Source: Dehalococcoidia bacterium
GTDB taxonomy: Bacteria; Chloroflexota; Dehalococcoidia; Plut-88900
Assembly: GCA_965207225.1 (NCBI GenBank)
Contig: CBDBLV010000005.1
Location: 864,001-928,000 of the forward strand
Direction of reading: 5' to 3'
Length of the DNA: 64,000 nt
The position numbers were made by a program, and so were the translations under genes. This document shows positions 9,040 to 18,245 of the stretch, one piece after another. Below the pieces are notes generated by a model, which made no database searches, was not told the origin of the DNA, and was given only the letters and a program-made list of their open reading frames with translations. The stretch's first letter is position 1. Each line of letters opens with the position of its first letter.

Positions 9040-12000
9040 ATGTCTATCATAAACCTGAAATCATTCCGGCAGCGGTTGGGGCTTACCCAGGCTACGGTTG
9101 CCCAGCGGTTGGGGGTTGCTCCCAACACCGTGGCGCGTTGGGAGCGCGGTGAGTTACCGACTCCAGAGTGGGCGGCTCAAATACTTAATGGGATGGCAGA
9201 ACATACACGGTCCGGGACCGCAGTCACTCGTCCTGAAGGCGTAGTCCTGGATCCCCACCACAAGGCGATTCTGGAAGGTCTGCAAGGTCATTTGGACCGA
9301 GACGTATTTGAGTCCTGCGCTGTGGAGCTGGTGCGAAAGGATGAATGGAGGGTGGTACCGGTGTCAGGAGGCGGCGATGACGGTTTCGATGGCGCTGTCG
9401 CCGATCCTGATGGCGAACCATATCCTCTTATTGTCACGACAGGCAAAGATGCTCTAGGCAATTTAAAGAAAAACCTCAAATCCCTACGGCGTAAGGGCTG
9501 GACAGCCGACAAGGCGATATTCGCTACCTCAAGGCGTATTCTCGGGAGCACGCGCCGAAACCTACGGGATGCAGCAAGAGAACTCGGTGTTACGCTCGTG
9601 CAGGCCTATGACCAGCATTGGTTTGCCTATCGCCTCTATGAGAACCCTTCGTGGTGCAAACGTCTGCTGGGTTTAACGGGAAGACCTCGTGCATTGAGCG
9701 TCTTCCCGATCACAAAGCGCCCTGTGCTGGGTGACGCCGTGTTGGGACGAGAGCAAGAGATGCAGTGGCTTATTAACCGGCAGCGAGATTGCTTACTCGT
9801 CGGCGGGCCAGGATCCGGCAAGACCTTCCTGCTCAGGGCGCTTGTAAATCAGGGGCAAGCTTTGTTTCTTGTGGATGATAACCGTGAACAGATAGCCAAC
9901 GATCTCAGGGAGTTGAATCCTCCCGCAGTCATCATTGACGATGCCCATGTTCGCCCCGAGCTCATTGAGAGCTTTATGCAGATTCGCAAGGAGGTGGGGG
10001 CGGAAGATGTGCGAGTCATCGCTACTTGCTGGCCTAGTAATACATCAGATGTTCGCGCCTCGCTGAACCTGACGAATGAAGACGTATACACATTGAATCT
10101 CCTCGACGCTGACACCATTATCGGAATCCTCAAATCCGTGGGACTGGAAGGCCCCGACGCATTGCTGGGAATCATACGTGAACAGTCAGCCGGCAGGCCG
10201 GGGCTAGCCGCTACGCTGGCTCACCTCTGTCTGTCAGGAGATATCAAGCAGGTGGTGAGTGGTGAAGCAGTGCTGAACCAACTTGTAGGGGGCGTTAATC
10301 GTATTCTCGACCTGGATGCCAGGAAGCTGCTCGCACCTTTCGCTCTAGCAGGAGATGCGGGAGCTACTCAGGACGAAGTGGCGATGTATCTCGGAGTCTC
10401 AAGGCTTGAAGTCGCCACCAAGTTAGCGGTGTTGGCTGCCGCCGGAGTTGTACTAGAGAGGCCGCAGCGAGCTAGACCTGATGCATCGCCTCCTATTTCA
10501 GTTGAGCCGGAACCAATGCGGTGGGTGCTCGTAAGGGACGCATTCTTCGGGGGTGTTGGCTCTCTTGATCATCGGCCACTGCTGGACCTGCTTGGCAATC
10601 GCAGGGATGCAGTAGGAACACTTATCGGGGCGCGGTCTAGAGGAGTTGGCATTCCCATCTTGCCCACCCTTTTAGAGGGTGTGGATTCCCCGGAGCTTTG
10701 GTCACGTTACGCCTCCTTGGGACGATCCGAGACGGCGTATGTGATGGATCATAAACCGGAGCTAATTCAAACAATCGCACAGTCCGGCCTAAGGTATTTC
10801 CCGGAGAGGGTGATACCAATGCTTCTGGATAAGGTCCAAAGACGCGATTATGGGTCTCTTATTGAAAACCACGGAGCCTTTAACGAAATCCAGCAATGGG
10901 TGGACGGTGATTCGCCAGCGATCTCGGCTGACGACATCGTGGGTCGGCGCATCGTACTGATTCGAGAGGTCAAACGGTGGTGGAAGGACTCTCAGCGTGA
11001 TCATGTGGCAATTCATGCCATGTGCATGGTGCTGATGCCTGAGACCGAACATATCTCCCCGGATCCCGGATCCGGTTCAAGAATCACAATCGAGCGGTAC
11101 ACATTCTCCAAGCCTGTACTAGAAAGACTCTCTGAGCATTGGCCCTCGGTGCTGGAAGTGATAAGCAACGCTACAGAGGTCCCATGGAACGATCTCTTTC
11201 GATTGATTTCAACATGGCATTACAAGGGACATAGAAGGGGGCAGATTCCGGAAGACTTACACTCCATGAAGAGGGAGTTCGCGAAGCGGATGCTTCTGGA
11301 CATTGCAGCCGCTAGTCGAAACCACCCGGGTGTTCAGAGCAGGATTCAGAGAGAGGCAATCCGCCTAGAGTTCAACCTGGAACTAAACCTCGATCCCGAT
11401 TTCGAAGCCGTATACCCGCATATGCTCACCTACAACACGGAGGAACATGCGAAGCAGGTCAGCCTGCTCGCCGAGCGACTTAACGGTCGATCAATAGAAG
11501 ATGTGGCTGCACTTCTTAAGCGTTTACAAAAGGATGCTAGTCTCGCCGAAATGCAAGCACCAAGCCCGGTGTTGCCTGAAGCCTGCAATTTGCTGGCTGA
11601 ATTGACCAGGGATCCACTATTGGCTGCGACGACATTCATGAACTATCAGCTACCGGATTATGTGGTTCATCCGTTTCTGGCAAGGGCCTCCACTGAGGAT
11701 TGCGCGGGATGGCAGTCTGCGATCCACAAGTGCCTCCAGGGCAATTTCTATGAGCATGTGGCAGTCTCAACCATCATGACACACCCAGAATCGCCTGCAG
11801 ACTTGTTGTCGGAAGCAGTGTCGAGGGCTAGGAGATTATGGGGTAGGCTACGTTGGCTTTTCAACGGAGACCGGATTCCCGATGCAACACTAGAAGCGTT
11901 CCTCAACTCCGACGATCGCGGATTGGCAGCCACCGCCGCCATTGCCTATTGGGTGAGACTGCATGAGCAGGGCATGGACGGACCGGACAGCAGATCTTGG

Positions 12001-12651
12001 AGACAGGCCATCGTAGGAGCCACACTGGATGACATGGACAGTTTTCTGCTCGGTGAACACTGGTTCGGCCTGATCCTGTCCAGCAACGGTGAACTGGCTG
12101 CCGACTGGTTGGTCTCGACGCTCCGCCGTGACCATGAATGGTCCAGCTTAACGAATCTCAACAATACGCAGAAAGAGGTAGTGGAAAGGGCCATAGGGGT
12201 GCTGAACTTGGACCAGCGACGCCGGGTATTGCAAGAACTTCCCTCCGGCCTAGTAATGCCACCCTTCGAAATCGCCAGGATGCTCCTGGGGGATGACATA
12301 GGCCTTTACCGTGAAATGCTGGAATCGAACGAACTTGAAGACTATCATCTTGCACCGCTCTCGGGAGACCCGAACTGGGGCTGGGCTGCGAGAGCAAAGA
12401 TCGCTTTGGAAGCGGGAAAGTCCATTGATGAGATTGTTGATGCAAGCTATAGAACTGGCGGATTCACAGTCTGGGGGGGATCCGAAAGTACGATGTGGCG
12501 CGGAAGGCGGCTGGCCTTCGAAGAACTTAAAAGAACTCATGGTTCCGACCCTGACATTCGGAAGATTGCCCAGCAGGGTATAGAGCTTATGGGTCGGCGC
12601 GAGAAGGGGGCAGAGGAGAGGGAGCACTTAGAGGCTGTATATGGGATCTAA
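9040..12651 (+). CDS. XRE-HTH / Mrr-like nuclease / STAND-type P-loop NTPase / helical-repeat fusion, putative antiviral protein
   Basis: RQRLGLTQATVAQRLGVAPNTVARWERG; FE..GGDDGFDG; Walker A GGPGSGKT; Walker B VIIDDAH; long helical C-terminus. Confidence 0.8.
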   Translation: MSIINLKSFRQRLGLTQATVAQRLGVAPNTVARWERGELPTPEWAAQILNGMAEHTRSGTAVTRPEGVVLDPHHKAILEGLQGHLDRDVFESCAVELVRKDEWRVVPVSGGGDDGFDGAVADPDGEPYPLIVTTGKDALGNLKKNLKSLRRKGWTADKAIFATSRRILGSTRRNLRDAARELGVTLVQAYDQHWFAYRLYENPSWCKRLLGLTGRPRALSVFPITKRPVLGDAVLGREQEMQWLINRQRDCLLVGGPGSGKTFLLRALVNQGQALFLVDDNREQIANDLRELNPPAVIIDDAHVRPELIESFMQIRKEVGAEDVRVIATCWPSNTSDVRASLNLTNEDVYTLNLLDADTIIGILKSVGLEGPDALLGIIREQSAGRPGLAATLAHLCLSGDIKQVVSGEAVLNQLVGGVNRILDLDARKLLAPFALAGDAGATQDEVAMYLGVSRLEVATKLAVLAAAGVVLERPQRARPDASPPISVEPEPMRWVLVRDAFFGGVGSLDHRPLLDLLGNRRDAVGTLIGARSRGVGIPILPTLLEGVDSPELWSRYASLGRSETAYVMDHKPELIQTIAQSGLRYFPERVIPMLLDKVQRRDYGSLIENHGAFNEIQQWVDGDSPAISADDIVGRRIVLIREVKRWWKDSQRDHVAIHAMCMVLMPETEHISPDPGSGSRITIERYTFSKPVLERLSEHWPSVLEVISNATEVPWNDLFRLISTWHYKGHRRGQIPEDLHSMKREFAKRMLLDIAAASRNHPGVQSRIQREAIRLEFNLELNLDPDFEAVYPHMLTYNTEEHAKQVSLLAERLNGRSIEDVAALLKRLQKDASLAEMQAPSPVLPEACNLLAELTRDPLLAATTFMNYQLPDYVVHPFLARASTEDCAGWQSAIHKCLQGNFYEHVAVSTIMTHPESPADLLSEAVSRARRLWGRLRWLFNGDRIPDATLEAFLNSDDRGLAATAAIAYWVRLHEQGMDGPDSRSWRQAIVGATLDDMDSFLLGEHWFGLILSSNGELAADWLVSTLRRDHEWSSLTNLNNTQKEVVERAIGVLNLDQRRRVLQELPSGLVMPPFEIARMLLGDDIGLYREMLESNELEDYHLAPLSGDPNWGWAARAKIALEAGKSIDEIVDASYRTGGFTVWGGSESTMWRGRRLAFEELKRTHGSDPDIRKIAQQGIELMGRREKGAEEREHLEAVYGI

Positions 12652-12721
12652 GCTCTTCTGAATGGAGATCACATTCTGAAAGCCTAGAGATGTCCACTTG
12701 AAATGAGAACGGAAGTCCACC

Positions 12722-13954
12722 ATGCAACGAATTGTGTATGTACCCACACGCGTTAGGGTGCCTCAAGAATATCTTATTGGCGAGGAGAGCCAGGGACTGA
12801 AGGTGTTCCGTCGCTTGATCCCCCCATTCATTCACGTTGAAATCATCCGACAGGGCACACCCGAATACGATGATCTCACCGTGCAGTCAGTCGCATTTGA
12901 CGCTGGAGAGAATTTCGCCGCCAATGTTATTGAGTACATATCCCGTCTGATTGATGAGCGAATGGGACAAAGCTCGAAGGAGTTCTACACCTCAACGATC
13001 GGCAATGACAATATATTGGACGCGGATGGAAAGAAACTCGGCATCCCGTTGGTTAAGGCAATGATCGCTGAGATGGCTGAAAACCAGGACTCCGATTACA
13101 TCGAAGGGGTGAAGAAGGTTTACCTGATTCATCCTCCACAACTTGAAAGGGAACTCAATAGCCATCTAGTCCCCCTTCTCGTGCCAGCGATCGCTTGTTC
13201 CAGGTCGGAGAGATTGATCAGTGTCGATGTAGGCCAAATGATGCGACAATTCGTGGTCGAACCGTACGCGATGGATCTCACAACACGACCTTCAGCGGAC
13301 CAAAGATGGTTGATTGTTCATATGTACAATCCTGATATGCCCGCCTTGGCCATTGGCGTGGAGGATCAAGGCCCGATGACATTCAAGGAGCCTACGCCAT
13401 TGCTTGCAGATACGGAAGTTGCCGAGGACTGGGCGATAAACCTACTAGGGGACTATCTCCGCGACACCGGGGTAGATGTCCGGGGTGTCTGCCACGAACC
13501 CAATGGACCCAAGACCTATCCGGACTACACAGCACAGCTAGATGGGGTGCCGTGGGATTTCGAGATTACCCGAGTGTTGGGCGACATACTTGAAACGCGC
13601 CACATACTAGACAAACCTCGGAACGCAAGAAATATGATGCACAGGGCAGTTCAGAGTCCTCCATTAGGGGTAGGAGATGTGGAAGCAGCCTTGGAATACG
13701 CGATCAAGAGCAAGGAGCGAAAGCGTAGGGTTGATGGGACGACACGCAGTCTCTGCCTTGTATTGCTCAATCCCTTGGATATGGACCTAAGCACCCGATC
13801 GGCTGCGTGGAAAGGCATGGATCTGAGTGCGTTTGATGCTATTGCCCTAATAAATGGTTATTCACAACCGAGCATAGAATTTATGAAGGGACGATTCCTA
13901 CTAGGCGGGCGATTACCGGACACGGGAGAGGCATCTAATGACGGCGCCGGATAA
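12722..13954 (+). CDS. Hypothetical protein with C-terminal PD-(D/E)xK-like nuclease motif
   Basis: TEVAE...YPDYTAQLDGVPWDFEIT; 410-aa ORF overlapping the next gene. Confidence 0.6.
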   Translation: MQRIVYVPTRVRVPQEYLIGEESQGLKVFRRLIPPFIHVEIIRQGTPEYDDLTVQSVAFDAGENFAANVIEYISRLIDERMGQSSKEFYTSTIGNDNILDADGKKLGIPLVKAMIAEMAENQDSDYIEGVKKVYLIHPPQLERELNSHLVPLLVPAIACSRSERLISVDVGQMMRQFVVEPYAMDLTTRPSADQRWLIVHMYNPDMPALAIGVEDQGPMTFKEPTPLLADTEVAEDWAINLLGDYLRDTGVDVRGVCHEPNGPKTYPDYTAQLDGVPWDFEITRVLGDILETRHILDKPRNARNMMHRAVQSPPLGVGDVEAALEYAIKSKERKRRVDGTTRSLCLVLLNPLDMDLSTRSAAWKGMDLSAFDAIALINGYSQPSIEFMKGRFLLGGRLPDTGEASNDGAG

Positions 13955-14654
13955 CTTCAAGTGCACATCGTGTGAGGGTCATCACGACAAACAAGCGTTC
14001 GTTTCACATGCCGCTGATGACGCCGAGATCGCGGACAAATTGAAGCATGCCTGCTGTGAAGTAGGCGTTGCGCCATACCTATTCGAATTTAGCACCGAGT
14101 CCAGTTCCCTGGGACGCCCAGCCGATGTTCTGGCACAAGCGGTCGCGGCAAGCGCGTTCATCTTCGTTCTGCTTGGCAAATCAGTTTCAGGGGCATTCTG
14201 GACTCAGGCGTGGATAGGATTCGAGGTGGGGATATCTAAGGGAATCGCTATCGAAACAAATATACCCAAGAATGTGGTCGTGCTTCAGGACATACACCAG
14301 GGAATAAAGGTGTCTGTTCCAATGCTTGATGAACTCTTTTTGTTCGACTTCGATTCTGCAGGAGGCTGGCACCAATACAAGGACCTTGTTCTGGTCCTAG
14401 CAAACGTGACTAGCTCCCTTGAGTTCTACAAGGCGGGTAATAGATTCCGGAGCGCAACCCTTTCAGCTCAGGTAAAGTGTGCACAGTGCAAGAATCAATA
14501 CGAAGCTTGGATTGCAAAGGACGATGTTGGCAAACTAGGAAAGGGCTTGAATGCCATCAAGAACACGCCGGAATTACATGCCGAATGCACCATCGAGTGC
14601 CCTTCGTGCGACAAGATGGTGACACGGTACTTCAAACAGATGCTTCATTCATGA
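13938..14654 (+). CDS. TIR-domain protein with zinc-ribbon motifs
   Basis: AFVSHAADD; WTQAWIGFEVG (catalytic-type Glu); CTSC, CAQC and CPSC motifs. Confidence 0.75.
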   Translation: MTAPDNFKCTSCEGHHDKQAFVSHAADDAEIADKLKHACCEVGVAPYLFEFSTESSSLGRPADVLAQAVAASAFIFVLLGKSVSGAFWTQAWIGFEVGISKGIAIETNIPKNVVVLQDIHQGIKVSVPMLDELFLFDFDSAGGWHQYKDLVLVLANVTSSLEFYKAGNRFRSATLSAQVKCAQCKNQYEAWIAKDDVGKLGKGLNAIKNTPELHAECTIECPSCDKMVTRYFKQMLHS

Positions 14655-14800
14655 GTGAAATGAAGAAAACTCATGGAGTGATTTGGCCTCGCAAAGCACT
14701 AGGCCAGGAGGAATGAACTTTCTGGCCTACCTGTATTCGTGGAGTATCCTGACTGTTAAAGTTCGTGGTCATCCGCCCCAGATTTGCCGTTCCATCAAAC

Positions 14801-15955
14801 TTATTGTTCGCGGATCAGGTAGTCTGCCCAGAGCTGCATTAGTGTGCGTCTACGCTCAAACAAGTCTGAACGGGCGTATGCCCGCTCGGTGGAATTACCC
14901 AGGCTGTGGGCAAGGGCCGCCTCGGAGACTACCCATGGGGTATCCGTCTGCTCCAGTGTCCAGTTCTTGAAGCTGCTGCGGAATCCGTGGACGGTGGCAC
15001 GTTCAGCCAGCCCGACGGAACGCAGTACCTTCGTCAAAGTCATATCGGACATCGGAGACCCTGCCTTTTGAACCGAAGGGAACAATAGCCCAGAATCGTC
15101 GCGCAGTACTGATGCCTCACCAAGTAGGTCGAGGGTTTGCCTGCTGAGGGGTACCCGGTGTTCCGTTCCAGCCTTCATTCGCCTAGACGGAATCCGCCAT
15201 TCGCGTCCCTGCAGGTTCATCTCGTCCCAGGTTGCACCCCTTGCTTCACCCGAACGTGCAGCTGTCAGGACAAGGAAGCGGAAGCATAGCTTCGTAGCCA
15301 ACGACGCCTGAGACGACTCAACTGTCGCTAGGGCATCCCCAACCGCCTGGTAGGGAAGTGCTCTGAAGTGGGCCTTCACCTTCGGCATGGGAGGCAAGGC
15401 GCCGTCAATCGGCTCCCCAGCCGGGTTGGACTCGACGAAGCCGTGGGCCATGGCCCACCGGAAAATGGCTCTCATGCGCTGACGCACCCGTCGGGCTGTC
15501 TCGGGCCGGGATGACCATATGGGAGTGAGAACACTTAGTACATCTCCCCGCTCTATCCTGTCCAAGGACGTGTGGCCCAACTTCGGCATGGCGTGGCGCT
15601 CCAGGGTCTGAATCCAGCCTGAAGCGTGACGGGGGTTGCGCCACCGGGGCCTATTGGCTTCATGGACAGCGTAAGCGGCTTCCCTGAACGTTGGCATTGC
15701 AGGGGATCGCTTTTCGGCCACTGGGTCTCGACCCTCAGCAATTGCGGCCCTATGATCAACTGCCTTTTCACGAGCCTGGGCGAGGCTGACGGAAGGATAT
15801 CCGCCCAAGCCGATATCGCGTCGGCGTCCATCGACAGTGATGCGTAGAACCCACGATTTCCGACCGGCTTTGCTGATGAAAAGGTGCAGGCCGCCGCCAT
15901 CAGAGTAGCGCCCTGGATCCTTCAGGGCCTTTACCCGAGTTGCAGAGAGGGCCAC
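14801..15955 (-). CDS. P4-family tyrosine integrase with arm-binding domain
   Basis: PGRYSDGGGL, ARSGE, MKAGTEH, HGFRSSF, LAH..AY; GTG start with RBS GGAGGT. Confidence 0.95.
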   Translation of the reverse strand: MALSATRVKALKDPGRYSDGGGLHLFISKAGRKSWVLRITVDGRRRDIGLGGYPSVSLAQAREKAVDHRAAIAEGRDPVAEKRSPAMPTFREAAYAVHEANRPRWRNPRHASGWIQTLERHAMPKLGHTSLDRIERGDVLSVLTPIWSSRPETARRVRQRMRAIFRWAMAHGFVESNPAGEPIDGALPPMPKVKAHFRALPYQAVGDALATVESSQASLATKLCFRFLVLTAARSGEARGATWDEMNLQGREWRIPSRRMKAGTEHRVPLSRQTLDLLGEASVLRDDSGLLFPSVQKAGSPMSDMTLTKVLRSVGLAERATVHGFRSSFKNWTLEQTDTPWVVSEAALAHSLGNSTERAYARSDLFERRRTLMQLWADYLIREQ

Positions 15956-15978
15956 AGATACCTCCAAAAATCCCAAAT

Positions 15979-16014
15979 TGTTCCCACGAATGTTACCACA
16001 GTTGTTGTGGGAAC
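15979..16014. repeat. Putative integrase arm-type binding sites
   Basis: TGTTCCCAC and TGTTACCAC direct pair plus inverted GTGGGAAC, between the tRNA end and the integrase start. Confidence 0.55.
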
Positions 16015-16114
16015 TCAAAAGATTAGGAGGGTGAGAGAAGGTAGACCAAATGGCAATATTAGCTATGGAGCAAGCGTAAAACGAGAAAAAAGAGGATGTC
16101 TAAAAGAGTTGTAG

Positions 16115-16206
16115 TGGCGGAGGGAGTGGGATTCGAACCCACGATCCAGGTCTCCCCAGATAAGCGCTTAGCAGGCGCCCGCACTAGGCCACTATGCGAT
16201 CCCTCC
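16115..16206 (-). tRNA. tRNA-Ser(GCT)
   Basis: GGAGGGA/TCCCTCC acceptor stem, G discriminator, CCA encoded, anticodon loop CT-GCT-AA, long variable arm, GGTTCGAATCC T-arm. Confidence 0.97.
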
Positions 16207-16207
16207 G

Positions 16208-16648
16208 CTAATGGGAAACGGGCTCTCTCACGGACGGCACACAGCCCTCGACCCACTCGCCCCGCCCGTGCTCGTCCACCTCTTTCTTCCAGATGGGCAC
16301 TTCTTCCTTTATCCGGTCAATGATATACCGACAAGCCTCGAACGCCTCCGCCCGGTGAGGAGTCCCGACCGCAATAATCACGCTCGGCTCCCGAAGCTCC
16401 AGCCGCCCGACCCTGTGGGCCACCGCAATGTCCGGGTTATCCCAGCGCACCAGCGCCTCATCCACGATCTGGGCCATCTTCTTTGCCGCCATCTCCTTGT
16501 ATGCGTCGTACTCCATGTAAGCGAGACGGGTCGGGCCAGTGAAGTCGCGCACCGTGCCCAGGAAGACTGCAAGGCCGCCGTTTTCGTTCTTGTTCACCGC
16601 TGTGATGAACTCGGCGGCGTCGATGGGCTGTTCGGTTATCTTGATCAA
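16208..16648 (-). CDS. moaE: Molybdopterin synthase catalytic subunit
   Basis: FLGTVR, HRVGRL, HRAEAF, VPIWKKE. Confidence 0.95.
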   Translation of the reverse strand: MIKITEQPIDAAEFITAVNKNENGGLAVFLGTVRDFTGPTRLAYMEYDAYKEMAAKKMAQIVDEALVRWDNPDIAVAHRVGRLELREPSVIIAVGTPHRAEAFEACRYIIDRIKEEVPIWKKEVDEHGRGEWVEGCVPSVREPVSH

Positions 16649-16896
16649 CTCCGTCCTCCACTCACGGGAGGAATCAGGGCCACTTCGTCCCCGTCTCCCA
16701 GTGCATGATCCATTGGGACGTACTCGCCATTCACTGCCACCACCAGCCTTCCTCCACCTTCGAACAGGCCGGGATGAAGGTCGGACAGACGCTCCATCAG
16801 CGTAGCGGAAGTAGCCCCTTCCTCCAAGTAAATGGCCTCCTCCTTTAACCCGGCGCGTTCCCGGTATATGGCGAAGAATCGGGTGTTGACTCTCAG
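16645..16896 (-). CDS. moaD: Molybdopterin synthase sulfur carrier subunit (probable CTG start)
   Basis: RVNTRFFAIYRERAG...VAVNGEYV...GDEVALIPPVSGG-RS; RBS GGGGAGG 7 nt before CTG. Confidence 0.9.
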   Translation of the reverse strand: MRVNTRFFAIYRERAGLKEEAIYLEEGATSATLMERLSDLHPGLFEGGGRLVVAVNGEYVPMDHALGDGDEVALIPPVSGGRS

Positions 16897-17107
16897 GCCT
16901 CGCCTCCCCGGATACAGGATTAATCCGACTTCAAATTATAGCGAAGCGGCTGGGGAGTGTCTAACGGATGCTTTGTTATACTCTCTCTATGCAACCGTTG
17001 TGCATGGAGATGCTGGAGTAATGGCTGGAGAAGAGGTCAGGGCCCGTGTCATAGGACGTAGAGCGCACTGGGGACGAATCTCCCTCTGCCCGCATTAAGA
17101 ACCATAC

Positions 17108-18160
17108 TTGGCCAAACTAACTCCCCCTTCCACATCCGTACTGATCAAAATTAACCTGGTTTTTCTGGCACTCGCTGTCGGCGCCGGGGCCGGAACATTC
17201 AGTTACCTGGGCTTTACTGAAGTACGGCAGATCAATGAACTAATCGTCGAAGACAGGGAACGCTTGGCACAACTTGAAGCCGCCCCGACCGTTACCCCCC
17301 AGCCCTCCCCCTCCCCAATCCCAGATCCCACCCCGCAACCCACCTCCACACCCCAGCCCACCGCCACATCTCGTCCTTCTGCCACTCCCCAGCCTACTGC
17401 CACTCCCATAAGCTTTCCGCCCACCCCCACCCCCCAACCAACGGCTACCCCCATACCCCTACCGCCCACAGTCACCCCCATAAGCCTGCCCCCCACTCCC
17501 ACACCATCACCCTCATGGAATGATCTCTACACTCAGATCAGACGCTCGGTAGTCAAAGTGGAGACCGCAGGAGGCTTCGGTGCAGGGTGGGTGTACGAAG
17601 AAGGTTGGCTTCTTACCGCAGCCCATGTGGTCAAGGGATACAGGATGGTAACCATCCATTTTCAAGACGCGGACGGTGAGGAGCAATCGGAAATGGTGGA
17701 AGTGCTGGGCAGGGACCGGCTCCGGGACATTGCTGCCATAGAGTTCAAGGAACTAGACCTTCCGCCCATCACTGGTCGACGCGATGTCGAAGCTAGGGAC
17801 GGCGGAGAGCCGGTGTTTATCTTGGGTTTCTCATCCGACCCGCCGATAGGCTTCCCAAGCACGAGGTCCGGCATCCTCACTACCGTCTCCGAACTAGATT
17901 GGCTCGGGGACCTGAAAGCGATTGAGACCGACGCAGCCGTCGACCCGGGCGATTCGGGGGGTCCAATCCTGGATATAGATGGCAACGTCATAGGCGTAGC
18001 CCAAGCGACCGTAACAAGATCTGGTTCAACCAGGATACAAGGCAGACAGCTGGCCATCGGGGTTCGGGAGGTCGAAGCCGTGTGGGAGCGGCTAAAAAAT
18101 AATGAGCGCTTAAACCAAGATTCCGACTACTGGATACATCGCCGGTTTGAAGAGGACTAG
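17108..18160 (+). CDS. Membrane-anchored trypsin-like (S1C) serine protease with Pro/Thr linker
   Basis: N-terminal TM, PTPTP repeats, TAAHV, RDIA, PGDSGGP. Confidence 0.9.
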   Translation: MAKLTPPSTSVLIKINLVFLALAVGAGAGTFSYLGFTEVRQINELIVEDRERLAQLEAAPTVTPQPSPSPIPDPTPQPTSTPQPTATSRPSATPQPTATPISFPPTPTPQPTATPIPLPPTVTPISLPPTPTPSPSWNDLYTQIRRSVVKVETAGGFGAGWVYEEGWLLTAAHVVKGYRMVTIHFQDADGEEQSEMVEVLGRDRLRDIAAIEFKELDLPPITGRRDVEARDGGEPVFILGFSSDPPIGFPSTRSGILTTVSELDWLGDLKAIETDAAVDPGDSGGPILDIDGNVIGVAQATVTRSGSTRIQGRQLAIGVREVEAVWERLKNNERLNQDSDYWIHRRFEED

Positions 18161-18245
18161 AAGAGCTTGAATCTACGGCTGCTCCGCCTCTTATGCGCGG
18201 AGACTGCACCCCAACACCGGTGAAGTACCAGCTTATCTACTCCAG

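Larger units (their letters stand above)
1..16115. mobile_element. Integrative genomic island (right arm) inserted at the tRNA-Ser 3' end; left boundary lies outside the window
   Basis: P4-like integrase directly downstream of the tRNA 3' end; cargo of R-M, defence-like, relaxase-like genes and pseudogenes; no second copy of the tRNA 3' end seen in the window. Confidence 0.85.

Noticed and set aside
1-16115. Prophage
   Set aside because: No terminase, capsid, tail or lysis genes in view; second att site not in the window
16115-16206. tRNA with long variable arm as possible tRNA-Sec
   Set aside because: Anticodon is GCT and the acceptor stem is 7 bp: ordinary tRNA-Ser
17280-17515. C-rich repetitive DNA
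   Set aside because: Encodes the Pro/Thr linker of the protease
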